This document shows positions 48,842-62,195 of a DNA stretch of 64,000 nt, in pieces. The notes beneath the pieces were generated by a model. The model worked only from the letters and a program-made list of their open reading frames with translations. It was not told the origin of the DNA and did no database searches. Position 1 is the first letter of the stretch. Every line of letters starts with the position of its first letter. The translations under genes were made by a program, and so were the position numbers. Source of the DNA: Botryllus schlosseri (Eukaryota); assembly GCA_051294905.1 (NCBI GenBank), contig CM119371.1, positions 26,414,001-26,478,000 on the forward strand. Reading direction: 5' to 3'.

Positions 48842-51540
48842 CTATAGATGGTGTGAATGTTCGAATTTCTACTTATAGACCCAAATGCTTCCAATTTTAC
48901 ATTGCTATCGTGTATTCGGAACAGAATTAGTTACCTAGTTTTATTGGGGAATATGCAATATTTTTTGTTGAATCTAAATCTGGGTATAAAAATGGATTAC
49001 GTGAATTGGTAAATGACGGAAAAAGAGACTAACTAACTCAGCAAAATACTGAAGCTCGTTTGATGCCCGGTTAAAAACCACCGTTCTAGTACACGAGGAG
49101 TTGGCAATAGTCACGTTACATCTATTGCCGTATTTTGTGATTCCTAATCTTTCGACTCTGGCTTGGTCCACTTTCGTCCTAACATTTTCTTTAAAAGATA
49201 TCACTGCATTTCGGATAGCCTTGAGCTAAACCTCCGACCAATGTTCCCTTCAATGTTTGACGAGTCTGCGCACACTCACCAACTTACTGCTCAGACCCTT
49301 GGACAACAGTGCGTAACGACTAGAATAAGGTCAGCACATCGGATTTTTTGTGCGCAACTTGGATTTTCTGTGCGCAGAGACCGAGTCAGTACTGCACATT
49401 TACGCACGGGGGCAGCTTAAAGGAAACATTGCCTCCGACACAAGTGCAGGCAGGGATCCTGGACTCGATATCACCTCGATTTGAACCTTCAAACAATCGT
49501 ATACGGTCTGGTGTAGGGGAGATGTGGTACCGATAAGACACGGGGACCAGACATACTTGAATAATTCTGTATGATAATCCCATGATTAGAGTCCGTGAAT
49601 TTGTTTACAGATGCGTGCAGGCAAATGCACATGCAAATAGCTTTGACCTGCGCGAGTTAATGTTCTGTGACAGATGTTTTCTTTTTTGGGGGTATAAAAT
49701 AAATTTCGATGGGATTATTCAATTATCTTTGTAACCTTCAACACGAACAGAACAGCAATCATTTTTAGTATGAAGTATAGCCTGTATAGGGCTTGTGTCA
49801 CGCTATATAATTACATATGCAACTTTTATTAAATATCATCCTCGAGTGTACTTATTCAATTCAAAATTACAAAATTTATAGCGTCCTAGTCGAGGACAAC
49901 ATCCAAATCAAGCAAAATACTTTAACTAAGTAATCATGCTACCACAGAAACACAATTATACATACAGAGAGACTGTATGTCATAATAATCTCGTGGTATT
50001 TTATAGCTATAATGAGCTATTTCGAAGTCAAAATGTAACTTTACGGGCAATATGTATGGGCCCTCAAATGTGTAAGTTTCAGCCTAATTCGAAACGTCAT
50101 TTTCTGCCAACATTTGAGTTCATATTTATTTTACATTTTTAAGATGGCGATCAAACATTATTTTTTGACTTGATGTAGGTGAGATTATAGTACAAAGCAA
50201 GAAAAGTTGGAACATCTGAGTTTTTGAGCTCATGTCTAAAAGGTCCATATGTCGTGCTCCTTTTGACCCACCCGGTAAGGGCCGATTATACGTTCGAACA
50301 ACAAATTTTGAACGTTCACAAATGTTTTTTGAAAATGCGCATATTCATGTATATATCCTCGGCAGCTAGAGCTTGTATCAAAGTGTTGAACCAGAAGAGT
50401 ATTGGTTATCCACTGAACATTTTGGGGCCAGAGGTAATTTCGTAATTTTTGATCCATCGGTACCACTCCTCCCTGCAAAGTGCAAACTTGCTAGAAATAA
50501 CAACTCGCAAACTTGCTAAATGGATTTACCCTTCCAATTAACTCTTCTGTTAATTTGTTTATCACTGTTATTCATTTGGTTCATGTTTGACGTTCATACC
50601 ATTTTCAGGCCCCGAGCTATTATGCTGCATTTCAACTCAGTTTTCACATAAAGCAGTTCACAACTTACCACTTTAAAGCATATATAATTCATGCTCTATC
50701 AACGCAGCTGGCTACTGTCGCCGCCTCTATCTACAGATTGTAAAATGCATATTTTATTATATACTAACATGTTTAAATGCATGATTATAATTGCAAAACA
50801 AGGGTCGTTAGAGATTTATTTGATCCGTTCAATTCGCACCCAGTGCACGCAAAAGTTTAATACGAGTAGCCTATATATTTACATATGGTTATCGGATATG
50901 TTGAATAGCAATCATTCATCGTACACGCATGCTTTTATCCTACATTTTTGACTAAAATCTCCAACCCTTTTCGGAAGTTCTAATAAAATCGAGGTCTGTC
51001 AGCCATCTATATTACGTTATATCAATCTGTATTGCGTTCTAGAATGAAGACTGTGTCACAACGAAGGTTCCATAGTATATCAGTAAGCCGGATCCAGTGT
51101 TCGTGAAGGATAGATATTGAGGGGCTATTGAGAGTAGCATCCTACAGACGGTACGACCACTGAGAAATACACTTATGCTGTGCGGTAAAACGGTGTTGAA
51201 CCATTTTGATAGCCGTTCGTATTCGCCTATAGGATTTGCAGATTTCGTACAGTTTCTCAAAAATTTATGGACTCTTCGATTTCTCGGGTTCATGGTCTTT
51301 CGTCACCGGCCGCTTTGTACTCATTTGCTGCTCAGAAATGCTGGATTGGGCTGTGACATGATCGGGTGATGACGAAGTCGGTGACTTGTACTGATCTCCT
51401 TTAGTAACACCAAATGGGAAACGTAGAGGTCTTCGGTCGCTCTCGAAGGTCATGAGAGAACGCTTGCCTTCACCTATCAAATACAAATATAATCGGGATG
51501 AAGCGTTCTGTTCACACATGTAATACATCTTGTTCTAATC

Positions 51541-52525
51541 CAGTGGTTCTCAAACTGGGGGCTCGCCCCGTCGGGACACGTGAAAGCATCCGAAGTGGGG
51601 GGGGGGGCGAAGCCAACTGAGAGAAATTGATATTTCTTAAACGAGGAATGATTTTAATTAGTGTGAAACTCCCAACTTTTAACAACGGAAATATTCTTAA
51701 ATGCATTACGTCGTATTACGTTCATTACGCCGTACCCTCCCTACGCCGATGCTACATTTTATGTGTTACCGCGCACCTTACACCGTTCCTCTGAATTAAG
51801 AGTAACTTGCATCTGCGGAATGCGTGTAGCGATTTTGATTTAGTTCATGGTCCGAGGTATGTTTAGTATGACAATAGAAAAGATCAAAGACTAAAATCGG
51901 TAAAATATCTCAATGCTACGCATGGGTTGTAACCATGTCACAAGGCCTCGACTCACAAGTCAATCTCTGTTTTATAGTTTTGACTCGAGTCAAGTCGAGT
52001 CATTTTCAATACACCACCGAGCCAAGTTCGAGTCCAAGTCAGCGAGCAGAGGGGCGAGTCCGAGTCATGGTGTCATTGTGTTGACGGCTCAGTTTCCAGT
52101 TAAAGTCTTGTTAAACATATACTTATTACAACTCTTTGGTGATATCGAATGACTCGTAGTTATAATGTACTAATTTTCATCATCTTTAGCATTTTGTGGT
52201 CGCATTTTTAAGTACCAGTACCAATCGACGAAACCCCAATAGTGTGATTATTTTACTATTCTTCGAAAATACAATGGAATGTCGGTCTTGGCCGTTCGAG
52301 TCTCGAATCATAAGACTTCGTCCAAGTCGAGTCAATACACGGATTGACCCGAGTCGAGTCATTTCCGTATTTGAGAAAATGACTCGAGTCATCAGAAAAT
52401 CGTGACTCGAGTCGAGTCATAACTCGAGTCATTACAACCCTGATGCTATGTGTACCATTGCGCATGAATAAGGGGGGTTTCACTATCATCAACGAGACGT
52501 GTCTAAAGAAGTCCGAGAACCACTG
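51541..52525. mobile_element. hAT MITE with a nested GACTCGAGTC-rich MITE (51921-52442)
   Basis: Outer TIRs CAGTGGTTCTC / GAGAACCACTG with TSD TTCTAATC / TTCCAATC. Inner ends CATGGGTTGTAA / TTACAACCCTG with TSD ATGCTACG / ATGCTATG. Confidence 0.78.
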
Positions 52526-54494
52526 TTCCAATCGACCCAATTGCTAAAACTCTGCTGGGATAGACTCGGGTCACCATATCTCAATATTTTTCATCAAAAG
52601 CAATACGGCGTGAAAGAAAAGGTCTGAGTGAATTTTGAAACCAATCGCACCGCGAGAAGGAAAACTCATTGCATAAAAGTATCCATTATACAAACGTTGA
52701 TCCTCAGTGACATAATAGAGATGTTCCTTCTACCCTCATCACTAGCGAAAGCACAGTGACACTTGCTTGTAACAAAAGTTGCATCAAAATGTTGCATTCA
52801 TGGACAAGCTACAAAAATACCACCAGTCAATCAACACTGCACTATAAAATCAAGTGTTCTAACTAACAAGTAGCACTCTATCCTCATTCAATTAGTCACG
52901 AAAACATTATTACGCAACGATTCCTCTGCAATCTTCACTCACGCACGAGAAATGCAAAGGCAAACAGAGAGTAACAGTTGCTGTTCACGTTTGGCGGTAA
53001 CATTTTGTTATCATTTCATTGGTCCGACGCGCAAGCCATTGTGAATTTTGAATCTGGCACGCGTAACAATTAGAGTTGGAAACTTCTGGACTACAGTCTG
53101 TATAGAAGACACAGTAACCAGATCCCGACCTCGAAATTCAGAACATTATAACTTGAATTTATAGCCGTTATAATGAAACAAATTGAACGTTTAAAGCACT
53201 GCATCTGTGGTGTAAAATATACGGATGGCTTTTATAAGGCCTGGGTTATATTGAAATACAAAACGTCGAACACAGATATTTCTTGGCGCAACATCCATTG
53301 CATATAGAAGGCATTGGCGATTTCGCCCATTTTCCATCAGAATTCTGAATTGCGTGTTATACCTTGTAGGGGACGATGTAACAGATTCGTTGCTAAATAA
53401 CATCACAGTAATAACCCAACAACACCGTCGCACGATTGTAATGTGTCATATGAACATGTTCGGCATCCTTGAGGGAAGCGAGTACGCAGAATAAAATTCT
53501 CAATAAGTGAGCCCACCTTTGATAGTAAAGTACTGGAATATAAATGTAGCTATGCATTTTTTCATTAATCAGAATTGCTTCGCGGATCGGACGAGATCAC
53601 CAACCGGGTCGTATGTTTGACTCTCCTGCACAACATGTTACAATGTTCCAGAGTATTTGATACGTAGACCTTATTAATTGCATTTCACTGACAACGATGA
53701 GGATAAAAAGAAACTCCAACCTGGACTACCTGCTTCCGCTATGGAAACGCTTGGAGATTCCGGCCTCTTAGGGCACTTATAAACCTTCTTGTCAAACGTT
53801 ACCATCTTACCTATAAGCAAGCAACAAGTAAATTTTCATTGAGCAACAAGCTCACGTACGTTTGTCTCCTACAATATCAAGTCAACTTACGCGGGGAATC
53901 CTTTGCTGCATTTATCTCGGTAGTCTTGCTAGACTTACTGCTCGAGGCACTCGTTTCTATGTCATCCATACCACTCGACTCCTTTGGCAAGGATTTGTAT
54001 ACCAACTCAATACTGGCAACTGCTGCCGAGACTCTTCGGTATTTACAAATTAAAATACATAAAACTGACTACAATCTGTCACCAGAAAGCAATTTAAGCA
54101 TCAACTAACGGACATTATTCGAACCGTGAGAATTTCGGTGTTTGCAATAGATTTGGTCCTAGCTGTTTAGGTTAGCGGGATCGCCATCCCGCTGATTTGC
54201 AATCATGATTTATAAGAGCACACGATAATGGATCGGCGGCGGCTATCAATACACTGTAGAAAAGTTGTGCTGTCAGGATGAAATTACGTAGCCTATAGGG
54301 GTGTTAGGAAATGTGACCTATAACGACCAATAATAATAAAAGGAAACAGTAAAATCCTATGTATGGATATGGATAGGCCTACTTGGCTTGCTGGTAAATG
54401 CACATCTAGCGACTAAAGAGCAACCGCTCAGTAGAGTCTCGGTATTAGCACGTTTCAAAGAGTGGTAGGTTTATCTTGGCTCAACATCTATAGT

Positions 54495-55723
54495 CAGGGT
54501 TGCCATACCGTCCTTATTTCTAAGATTTGTCCTTATTTTGAAGGGCCACGTCGTAGAAAACTCAACTGTCCTTATTTCTAAGAAATGTCCTTATTTTCGA
54601 CTTGCGTCCTTATTTTGTCCTATTTTCAACCGCCACAGAACTTCAATCGTTTTCCTCTGGTATCTGTGTTGCATAATATTCTAAAATTATGCTTTTTCGT
54701 CGAGATTTTATGACATCATAAATGAAAGGAACTCTCGTGAGTGGTGGCATAGCAGTTTCGTCTGTACCAAGCTACCGCAGCGGACGTCATTTTAGCAGTA
54801 AACAGCAGTACCGGGTTCCTGCTGCTTGGTCTACAGCAGAATAAGCTCAAGCTGTGGGGAAGGCAGCATTTCTTATGTAGTGAAAAAAGGCGCAGCGCAA
54901 TCGACACATCGGTTAAGAAGTAATAAAGCTATCAATAGATAAAATTTTCTAAATTATATTGCACTCGCGCATAGTGTTTTAGCTACAAATAAGGCTAAAT
55001 CTGATTAGTTTAAATGAACAGGCGTAAAACCGTTTATTGAGACGATTATGAGAGAGAATTCAAAGGTTTTTAACGAAGCTTGAAGGGCGAGTGTTTCGCA
55101 CATAGCAATATCAGCAATTGTGATTTCAACCTAGAGGCCATAGGAAAGACCGCTATTTCAACTCACATTGATACCCCAAAACAAGAAGTGTGTAATGATG
55201 ATTAATTTGAGCCAGTCGATGAATAATTTTTCCACAAGTCGATCAGCACCAACGACCACAGACTACAAGGCAGCTGCTGCAGAGGGTACCTGGGCATTAC
55301 ATACTGTCAGACACCAGCAATCATTCCTCACCAACGATTGCACATCACAATTGTTCAAAGCAATATTCCCCGATTCAGTCGGGACCAAGATCACAAGCAT
55401 TTATCCTGGAGTTTTTGCTCCATACGCTCAAAAATGATTTGTCTAAACTTGGTCTGCGGCCTTTTTCCATCTTGGTTAACGACACTAACGAGGTGAAGAA
55501 GTTTGGTATATCACCCTGTGGGGTGGGGGGTGGGGGGGGGGCGAGTGGCAAGACCAACAGTTTTTTTTTCTCTAATAACAAGGAGTTGAGAGCAGATTGT
55601 TTCTGGTGAAAGGTATGGAATGTGATATGCTTCGGCTCACAAAGAATGTACAAAAACGCTCTTTCATGCTAATCTAATTTTTCGACTGTCCTTATTTTTG
55701 GGTCCATGTCGATGGCAACCCTG
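54495..55723 (+). mobile_element. Internally deleted hAT transposon with a transposase remnant
   Basis: TIRs CAGGGTTGCCAT / ATGGCAACCCTG, GTCCTTATTT subterminal repeats and a perfect TSD TCTATAGT. ORF 55168-55437 contains AAAEGTWALHTVRHQQSFLTNDC...IFPDS, which resembles hAT transposase N-terminal regions. Confidence 0.82.
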
Positions 55724-56250
55724 TCTATAGTGTGTCTCTCGTTCTCACGAAAGTAGCCAAGAAAAAGAGCAGGTGAATGGCATACAGTAAGGAGCAAGGA
55801 AAAACTGATCAAGAATGGCAACGGTAATATCGATATCGTTCACCGATATGTCGGGCAATAGGCCGACATTGACGGATTTAGGCTTCTGTACATCATGACA
55901 CGATGCCGTATATATCAGTGGTTCTCAACCTTTTTGACCTCGACGACAGGTAAAACTTAAAAACAAATGTCGCGCACGGGCGAACCTTCAAAATTCAAAA
56001 TCAACCATAAATTTAATTACGACGAATGTATGCAACTCAAACATTGTCAACTTTATTCAAGCGCCCTTTCGGTAGTATATATTGATGCGAGATTCCGTTG
56101 AAGTTTGCGGACGGCGGAGCTTACGAAGTTATGTTAGAGACCATTAACTTAATCATGGACTTGAAAGAAACGCGATGCTGTTTGCTATAGAGCTCTATTA
56201 TAGTGTCTCTTAATTGCAATGTCGGCAGCTTTCATCAGGGATATCTAGAA

Positions 56251-57642
56251 CAGTGGTTCTCAACCGCCGGTCCGCGGACCGGTGCTGGTCCGCGACGACA
56301 TTCCTGCCGGTCCGTCAGGTATATTACAATTTTATACCTTAATTCCAAGATGCAATGGTGAAGGTTTGTCCATTGATAAAATAAATAAAACATCAAATTT
56401 TCAACTGATTCATAACTTCGGGTGGTAAAATTAGGCCTGGAAACCTGTTCGATTTGACTTAAGGTTCAAGATGTGTCATTTGAGGACATGCGAGCGACAA
56501 GTACAGAACAGATACGAGCTGACTCATCGCTAAACAGCGCAGTTTGCGCGATCATTCGTTTTCGATTCATTCATTTTGTGCAGGACTGTAAATGGGGCAG
56601 CCCAAACCGCCCAATTGGAGAGGGGCCGAGCTTGAAAAGGGCCCAAAATTCTTTTGCAAATGAACATATATCATAGCGTATTTTTTGAAACTTTTTCCAA
56701 CATTTTTCAATTTCTTTTCGCGCTTTGCACGATTTAGTGTCTATAATTGTCTTGCTTATTAGGTACCCTTCTCTGTGGAAAACGCATGATTTATAAAAAT
56801 AGGCATTTTGGCGTTATCCATTACCGCGCCAAGACGTACCAGCACACAGTGAAGTTTTGGTTAATATGAGACTTTCGAAAGGTGTCCAAAAATGCGGCAG
56901 TGAGAAAACCGATTCAATCATGAATGAAAATCTTCGCTATTGTCGCGATTAAGCTGCATAAACTCTCTGCTTACACCGAATGGAATGAATGTTCTCACAG
57001 GTACTGGTGAAGCATCCATTCAACTGTCGGGTCTGGGCGGGGGCGAAGCCCCCGGAAGTTCGGCTTATCGCCCTGTGGGCTGACCAACGTTTTTTGGGGT
57101 GGGCTGACGAAGTGCATTTTCGGCCAGGATTTGCGGATGGCCGGTAAAGCTGCTGTCTGCTGTATAAGGTGTTTTCTTGCGGCACGCATTGCATTCGTAG
57201 TTGCCAGAGTAGCCTGCGTCTAGTGGCAGTGAGCAATGAGCAAGGTAGCACGACAAGGTTCTTGGTTCGACTCCGAAACACTTCTTCGCTCGATATTGTC
57301 AAAGTGAAGGATAGTATTCGAGTTGGCGTGGTCGGTTAAACCTCGGCCTTCGGTGCGAAAGACTGTAAACGACTCTCGGCGGTAGCAGCACGTTTGTCTG
57401 GACAAGGCAATTTAACCTCAACTCAGCAAACTCACTTCCATAAACTAACATGGATGCCATCATGAAGATAATTAATTACGATCCAAACCCTCTAAATGTC
57501 ACTCTACAGCATCATAAATTGCACAAAAAACGGTTGAATACTATACATTTTGGCTTCATTTCAGTTTTGAAAGTTCACCGGTCCGCCAGACATTTTTTGA
57601 AATTTTACCGGTCCGCGAGGTGAAAAAGGTTGAGAACCACTG
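56251..57642. mobile_element. Charlie-like hAT MITE with a nested copy of the 4328 family (~56581-57128)
   Basis: TIRs CAGTGGTTCTCAACC / GGTTGAGAACCACTG, CCGGTCCGCG motifs and a perfect TSD ATCTAGAA (56243-56250, 57643-57650). Confidence 0.85.
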
Positions 57643-57759
57643 ATCTAGAAGGAGATCTATAGGAGTTATAGATATTCTTAGCTTTCACATAAAAAGAGTT
57701 TTGTACAGCAATTGCAATATTGTGAAATATGCCCACAGCAGACTATGAGCTTTCTATTG

Positions 57760-58330
57760 CGGTGGTTCACAAATTTTTTAGACACGCCCCCTTGATGATA
57801 GTGAAAAATTTCGGGCGCCCCTTTTCGTGATATAAAAAATATTCATAACAAACAAACAGAATTTTTGTAATCTTAATGCATAGTTTGATGCCATGCATAA
57901 GATTATGACTGTTGAGAGACTTTTCAAATATGATATTCGGATTTTACAAGGGGCAATAATTGTGTGCTGAAGGAAAGTATTTTCAGTTTCATAACTTGAC
58001 AAAAAATATTCATGTCCTGTGGTAGCAGGTAACTGATATATATTTCAGCGATTGTGGTGTCTAATACCAACTTTTACCCGACTTGAGCTTGGCTCAAAGG
58101 TACATGATCATAAGCTAAGTCAAAAACCAACAGCACGGGCCGCACGCCATTTCAACTTGTCACTTTTGCAATGGACAAACAATTCTTCTCTGAGGATCTC
58201 GCGTGTATGGCGAGAGAATAATTCAATTGAGTACTTTTGGCCTGCCATACAATGCGCTACTTGAGTAGCATCCTGCAAAATGTGTCGGAATTGAGTATAC
58301 TCGGAGCTCAACCTTGTAAGCCACTTCGAT
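57760..58330 (-). mobile_element. Highly decayed Charlie/Buster-type hAT transposase remnant
   Basis: TIR-like GGTGGTTCACAAA at ~57762. Frameshifted minus-strand fragments (GQKYSIELFSRH; TTIAEIYI..LPAT..DM) resemble Buster-type KPHTIAEELILPA. Confidence 0.4.
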
Positions 58331-59487
58331 TTAAATAAATAAGAAACCTGTTTTAAAAGGCCATGTTTTCAAGATGTTTGCTTTAAATTGATTATTGATT
58401 TAACTGCAACCCTAGTTGTATGTATGGTACGACGCGACTATTAAATTTAAAAGCGCGATATAATTAGGATTATTGCAGTTGTTGGAAGTTGGATCGTTTC
58501 TTTCCGGCGGCTTCGCGCCTCTGTTCAGATGCTTTCACCACTGCTCCTCTATTACGACAAATGCAGAAAATACGTTCGTAGCTCATGCATCAATTTATAA
58601 TTTAATGTTTAATTTCTCTAGTTAATGGATAAGCGTCCTTCTCATTGCATTTCGGAATTGAGATGTAAAATTCAAATATACTTCGCGGGAAACATGTCAC
58701 GGACCGGCGGTCGCGTCATTAATGGGTACAGTACATGTTCGTCGGAGTCGGTGATGTGTAAAGTGTTCCACTGTTTCGTTCATACGCACTCCAGATCCAA
58801 CACCTGATGCATGCCATGAGTCTGTACCAACAACCGGTCCAATAATTTAGATTCTAATATTAAATGTCAATGGCAGTCACAAAACTGCCATTTACAGCTT
58901 TCTGCAGATTCCACAGTGTAAAACATTGCAATCGATGTTTTGAACCATAATAACTTAGAATTTTATTGTGAATATCCATATACCAATCTTCGGCCTTTCT
59001 TCTACATTACATATTGTAATTTCAAAATAATCATTATATATCATACAAAATCACTACTCATCATGTTGCTATATGCAATCATGTGTTCTTTGTTATTCAT
59101 GTTCGTTACATATTATATGTTACTATTCTAATTGGTGAAGTTTGCAGCTCGTACGTAATATATTGTTCTCAACCTGTTATTCTGACTCTTGGCCTTTTAT
59201 TTTATGTCCTAAAATATCGACACAGTGATACCCACATCCTTATCAACGGACTAAAACTACGACTGCAGGCGAACGCACCATGACCACGCCATCCACGATA
59301 CTGTTATACCACTATAATGTCTAGTATTATATTATTCGGTTTAAAATCTTTGAATTGAATTCTGTCTGCCTATTTATGAAATAAAATTTATTGCGCCAGT
59401 ATAAAGCTATCATCTGATTTAAAATGGTATACGTATTCCAAAATAAATCTTAAGACAAAGTCGGTAAAACATGCTTAAAGGTAGTCG

Positions 59488-59863
59488 CTAAACACGGTTG
59501 TGGAAATGATTACACAAATTAACTATTTCCGTAATAACGAATATAAACGATACAAACATAACAGTACAACTGGCGGCAAATGATGCCGCATTGGCTGGGT
59601 TCAACCGGTGAAGGCCGATCGGTCGAGTGGCGATTGTTGTATTGAATCCCGAAACAGTTTCGTTACTGAACTCCACTGTGTCTTCACTCGTTATTATAAT
59701 GCACAACACCAGAACGAAGCCTCCTGATATGGACATGATCGTAAAACTCGCGAACAAACGTCCTAATATCTTGCACAGATTTTCTGAATACGAAAACATA
59801 TTACAATTAGCGGCAAAAAGATGGATTAAGGCAGGGTTAGGGTTAGCTACTCCAGTGGGCGTG
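59488..59863 (-). CDS. Putative terminal exon or small two-TM membrane protein (ATG-initiated ORF 59799-59488, 103 aa)
   Basis: Two hydrophobic segments (LFASFTIMSISGGFVLVLCIII and AASFAASCTVMFVSFIFVITEIV) flank a loop with N-glycosylation sequons NET and NTT. A strong acceptor CTTCGTTTTCCCATATCCAG ends at 59864, the frame is open from there, and AATAAA lies on the minus strand at 59392-59387. Confidence 0.45.
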
Positions 59864-60892
59864 CTGGATATGGGAAAACGAAGTACATGGTGGGCCGGAA
59901 TCTCGACTCAATACAATAATATCAGATTTAACCACCTATGCATAAAAGGAATCGTATCTAATGTTAACTATAAGTTTAAACCATGTAGACCGAATGCAGT
60001 ATTTAATGAATTTGTGAACGTCTTGTACTTCAATAGCTGTTGAAGTCAATGCGACATCTGTGGTCGATCAAACTAGTTGAGAAGGTTTGAGCACGGGCCA
60101 CATGTCGGACTTGAAAACCCTTACTAAAATACACGCGAACGTAAGTTAGATCGGAACAAAGATTTGTCTTGTTAATATTCGGGGTTGAAAATGTTTCCAC
60201 GCAAATATATGTAAACCTGCGGGCGACATTAACATGCGAGTACATAACCGCCACATAATAATTAGGGGATGCAAAAGCTACCGAAAATATCAAAAGGTTG
60301 AACACAGACTGATATAAGCCGAGGGAACTTTTCTAAAGCACAATGAACGGATATTTTTTTAACAACCTTCATTACTTGAACAGTTGGTTACTGACTGCGA
60401 CTACTTTCGCTTTTACTTCAAACAGTTTTCCGGCCGCACTACGTCATCATCGCGCTTTGGATTTTGTTTAGTAGATAACAATTAAATCGGTGACTAAATT
60501 TCCATACCTGATGTTGCAGCTAAACCATGAAGTGCCGCAGGAAGTGTTACGTTTTACAAGTTTTATTATGCCATTCGCCTCCAACTATCTTCGTCACAGT
60601 GGATTTTCGTCTCCAGTTCAAAACAAATCGATAGCACGGATGCCTAGACTTGACAACGTTTGTCAAGACTTAGTTCTGAGCTGCCGCTATACCAAACACC
60701 ATTAGGTCAATTCGCTTCGAAACAATAAAAGTATTCACAAATGTTATTTGAAAACCCCAATTTTTGCAGTTTGCAGTGGACAGGAGTTCACATTTGCAAA
60801 CCGGATGACGGCTAATAGTTTAGCTATACTCGAACTAAAAGCTGGCGCGCGTCTGTGGGTGAACTTCAAAAGATTGTGAACCACTGGCTTGC

Positions 60893-61278
60893 TAGGGTTG
60901 CATTTAAAACAAGTGGTTGTTTAAAACATGTTTTAAACAGTGTTTTAAACAAAGGCCTTTAAAACAATTGTGTTGTATAAGTCGGTAAATTATGCCATAA
61001 TTGTGTAAATATATTCCACCTACGCACAATTACTACCGAATTTTGCCAACGTATATCGATATGGGATGGTAAGGTTCAACAGGTACAGTACAGATATTTC
61101 GTCAAAGGAGATATATTTATCCTATATTTTCAATTGTCAATATCAAGCCCCCATGACGTCACAATTTAATATTCGTGACGTCGTGGCTTAAAAAAACAAT
61201 AAAAAAACAAGTTTTAAGCAAGGGCCTTATTTTAAACATGATTGTTTTAAATTGATTTTAGGTTCGAATGCAACCCAA
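60893..61278. mobile_element. MITE with TAGGGTTGCA termini and TTTAAAAC repeats
   Basis: TAGGGTTGCATT / AATGCAACCCAA inverted ends; no clear TSD. Confidence 0.6.
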
Positions 61279-61377
61279 GGTATATTATAGGTTTAGGTTC
61301 CGTTTACCACCGTTTACGGTGATTTAACTGATAACAAGCCTTTCTCTAATTTCCACTCTACAGCGTATACACCTTAC

Positions 61378-61590
61378 TAGATCGCATTTTCTTTTTCTGC
61401 AGAGCCAAATCGCGTTTCCTGCGTCCCCTTCGCGGCGTGACTTCGGGAGATTGATCATCACGGTAACCAGCAATTCGTCGGTCTACGATACGGATACGGG
61501 TACGGCCACGGTCATCGGCAATGGGCCGTGTGGGATAACTGCCAAGTACGGAGTTGGTAGATAAGTCAGCATTATTAATCGAATAAGTGC
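61378..61590 (-). CDS. Putative internal exon of an unknown minus-strand gene (Arg-rich)
   Basis: Acceptor CTTTAGTTAG and donor GTAAGG bound a 213-nt phase 1-1 open frame reading TYSINNADLSTNSVLGSYPTRPIADDRGRTRIRIVDRRIAGYRDDQSPEVTPRRGRRKRDLALQKKKMRS. It is GC-rich relative to its flanks. Confidence 0.35.
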
Positions 61591-61883
61591 CTAACTAAAG
61601 ACAAACGAAGTAGTGAATAACAATACAAAATATAACTACCACAAGCATATAGTCAAAATGAATGATGCGAAAAGTCTATCGACAGAGGTAGGTTAATTTC
61701 GTAATTTCGAGATGAACTTTCGTGGCTATGAAAACACGAAATTGACCCCGTACATATATACCTAAACAAAAGTATATGTTTTATTTCTCAATTTTAGTCA
61801 AAAACTACTTCACACAAAAGTTTGAATGAATCTTATAACTGTACTCAAGTGGTTCAAACAAGTTCAAACAAGATATTCGAGAG

Positions 61884-62195
61884 CAGTGGTTCACAAACTT
61901 TAGGGCGGGCCGCCTTGGGGTGGGGGTTCGTGAAAGAAGCTGAAGAGTATCGCGAAGTGCGGTTAACCGAAAATATTTTTTCGCTCTGTACAATTTACCT
62001 CATAGTCATAAAGATTGCTCAGTGTATTGTCCTAATTTAATATTCGAGAATTCTCTCGTCAACACTGCCGTGTCACCAAACTATCCGTTGGGATTGCTAG
62101 CATTCTATTACATTTTGTGATATGACGATCAGGGCCCCCGACAATTCTTCATAAACATAAATGGGGGCGTGTGTAAAAAAGGCTGAACACCACTG
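61884..62195. mobile_element. Short hAT-type MITE
   Basis: CAGTGGTTCACAAAC / GCTGAACACCACTG ends with an imperfect TSD TTCGAGAG / CTCTAGAG. Confidence 0.55.

Larger units (their letters stand above)
39400..51520 (+). repeat. Diverged segmental duplicate of the paralog B locus (~22540-35050)
   Basis: Colinear non-coding similarity by eye: ~23041 agttacgtgaccaggatttaagtcaatgatagctagaggctacgcag vs ~39868 agttacgtgatcaagatttaaatcaatcatggctagaggctacgcag; intron 2 of B (25850-26290) vs 46150-46440 and 48850-48980; downstream 34260-35000 vs 50710-51480. Boundaries are approximate. Confidence 0.8.

Noticed and set aside
59627..60043. 138-aa plus-strand ORF
   Set aside because: It has a GTG start and no recognisable domain, and it is partly antisense to the better supported minus-strand 2-TM ORF.
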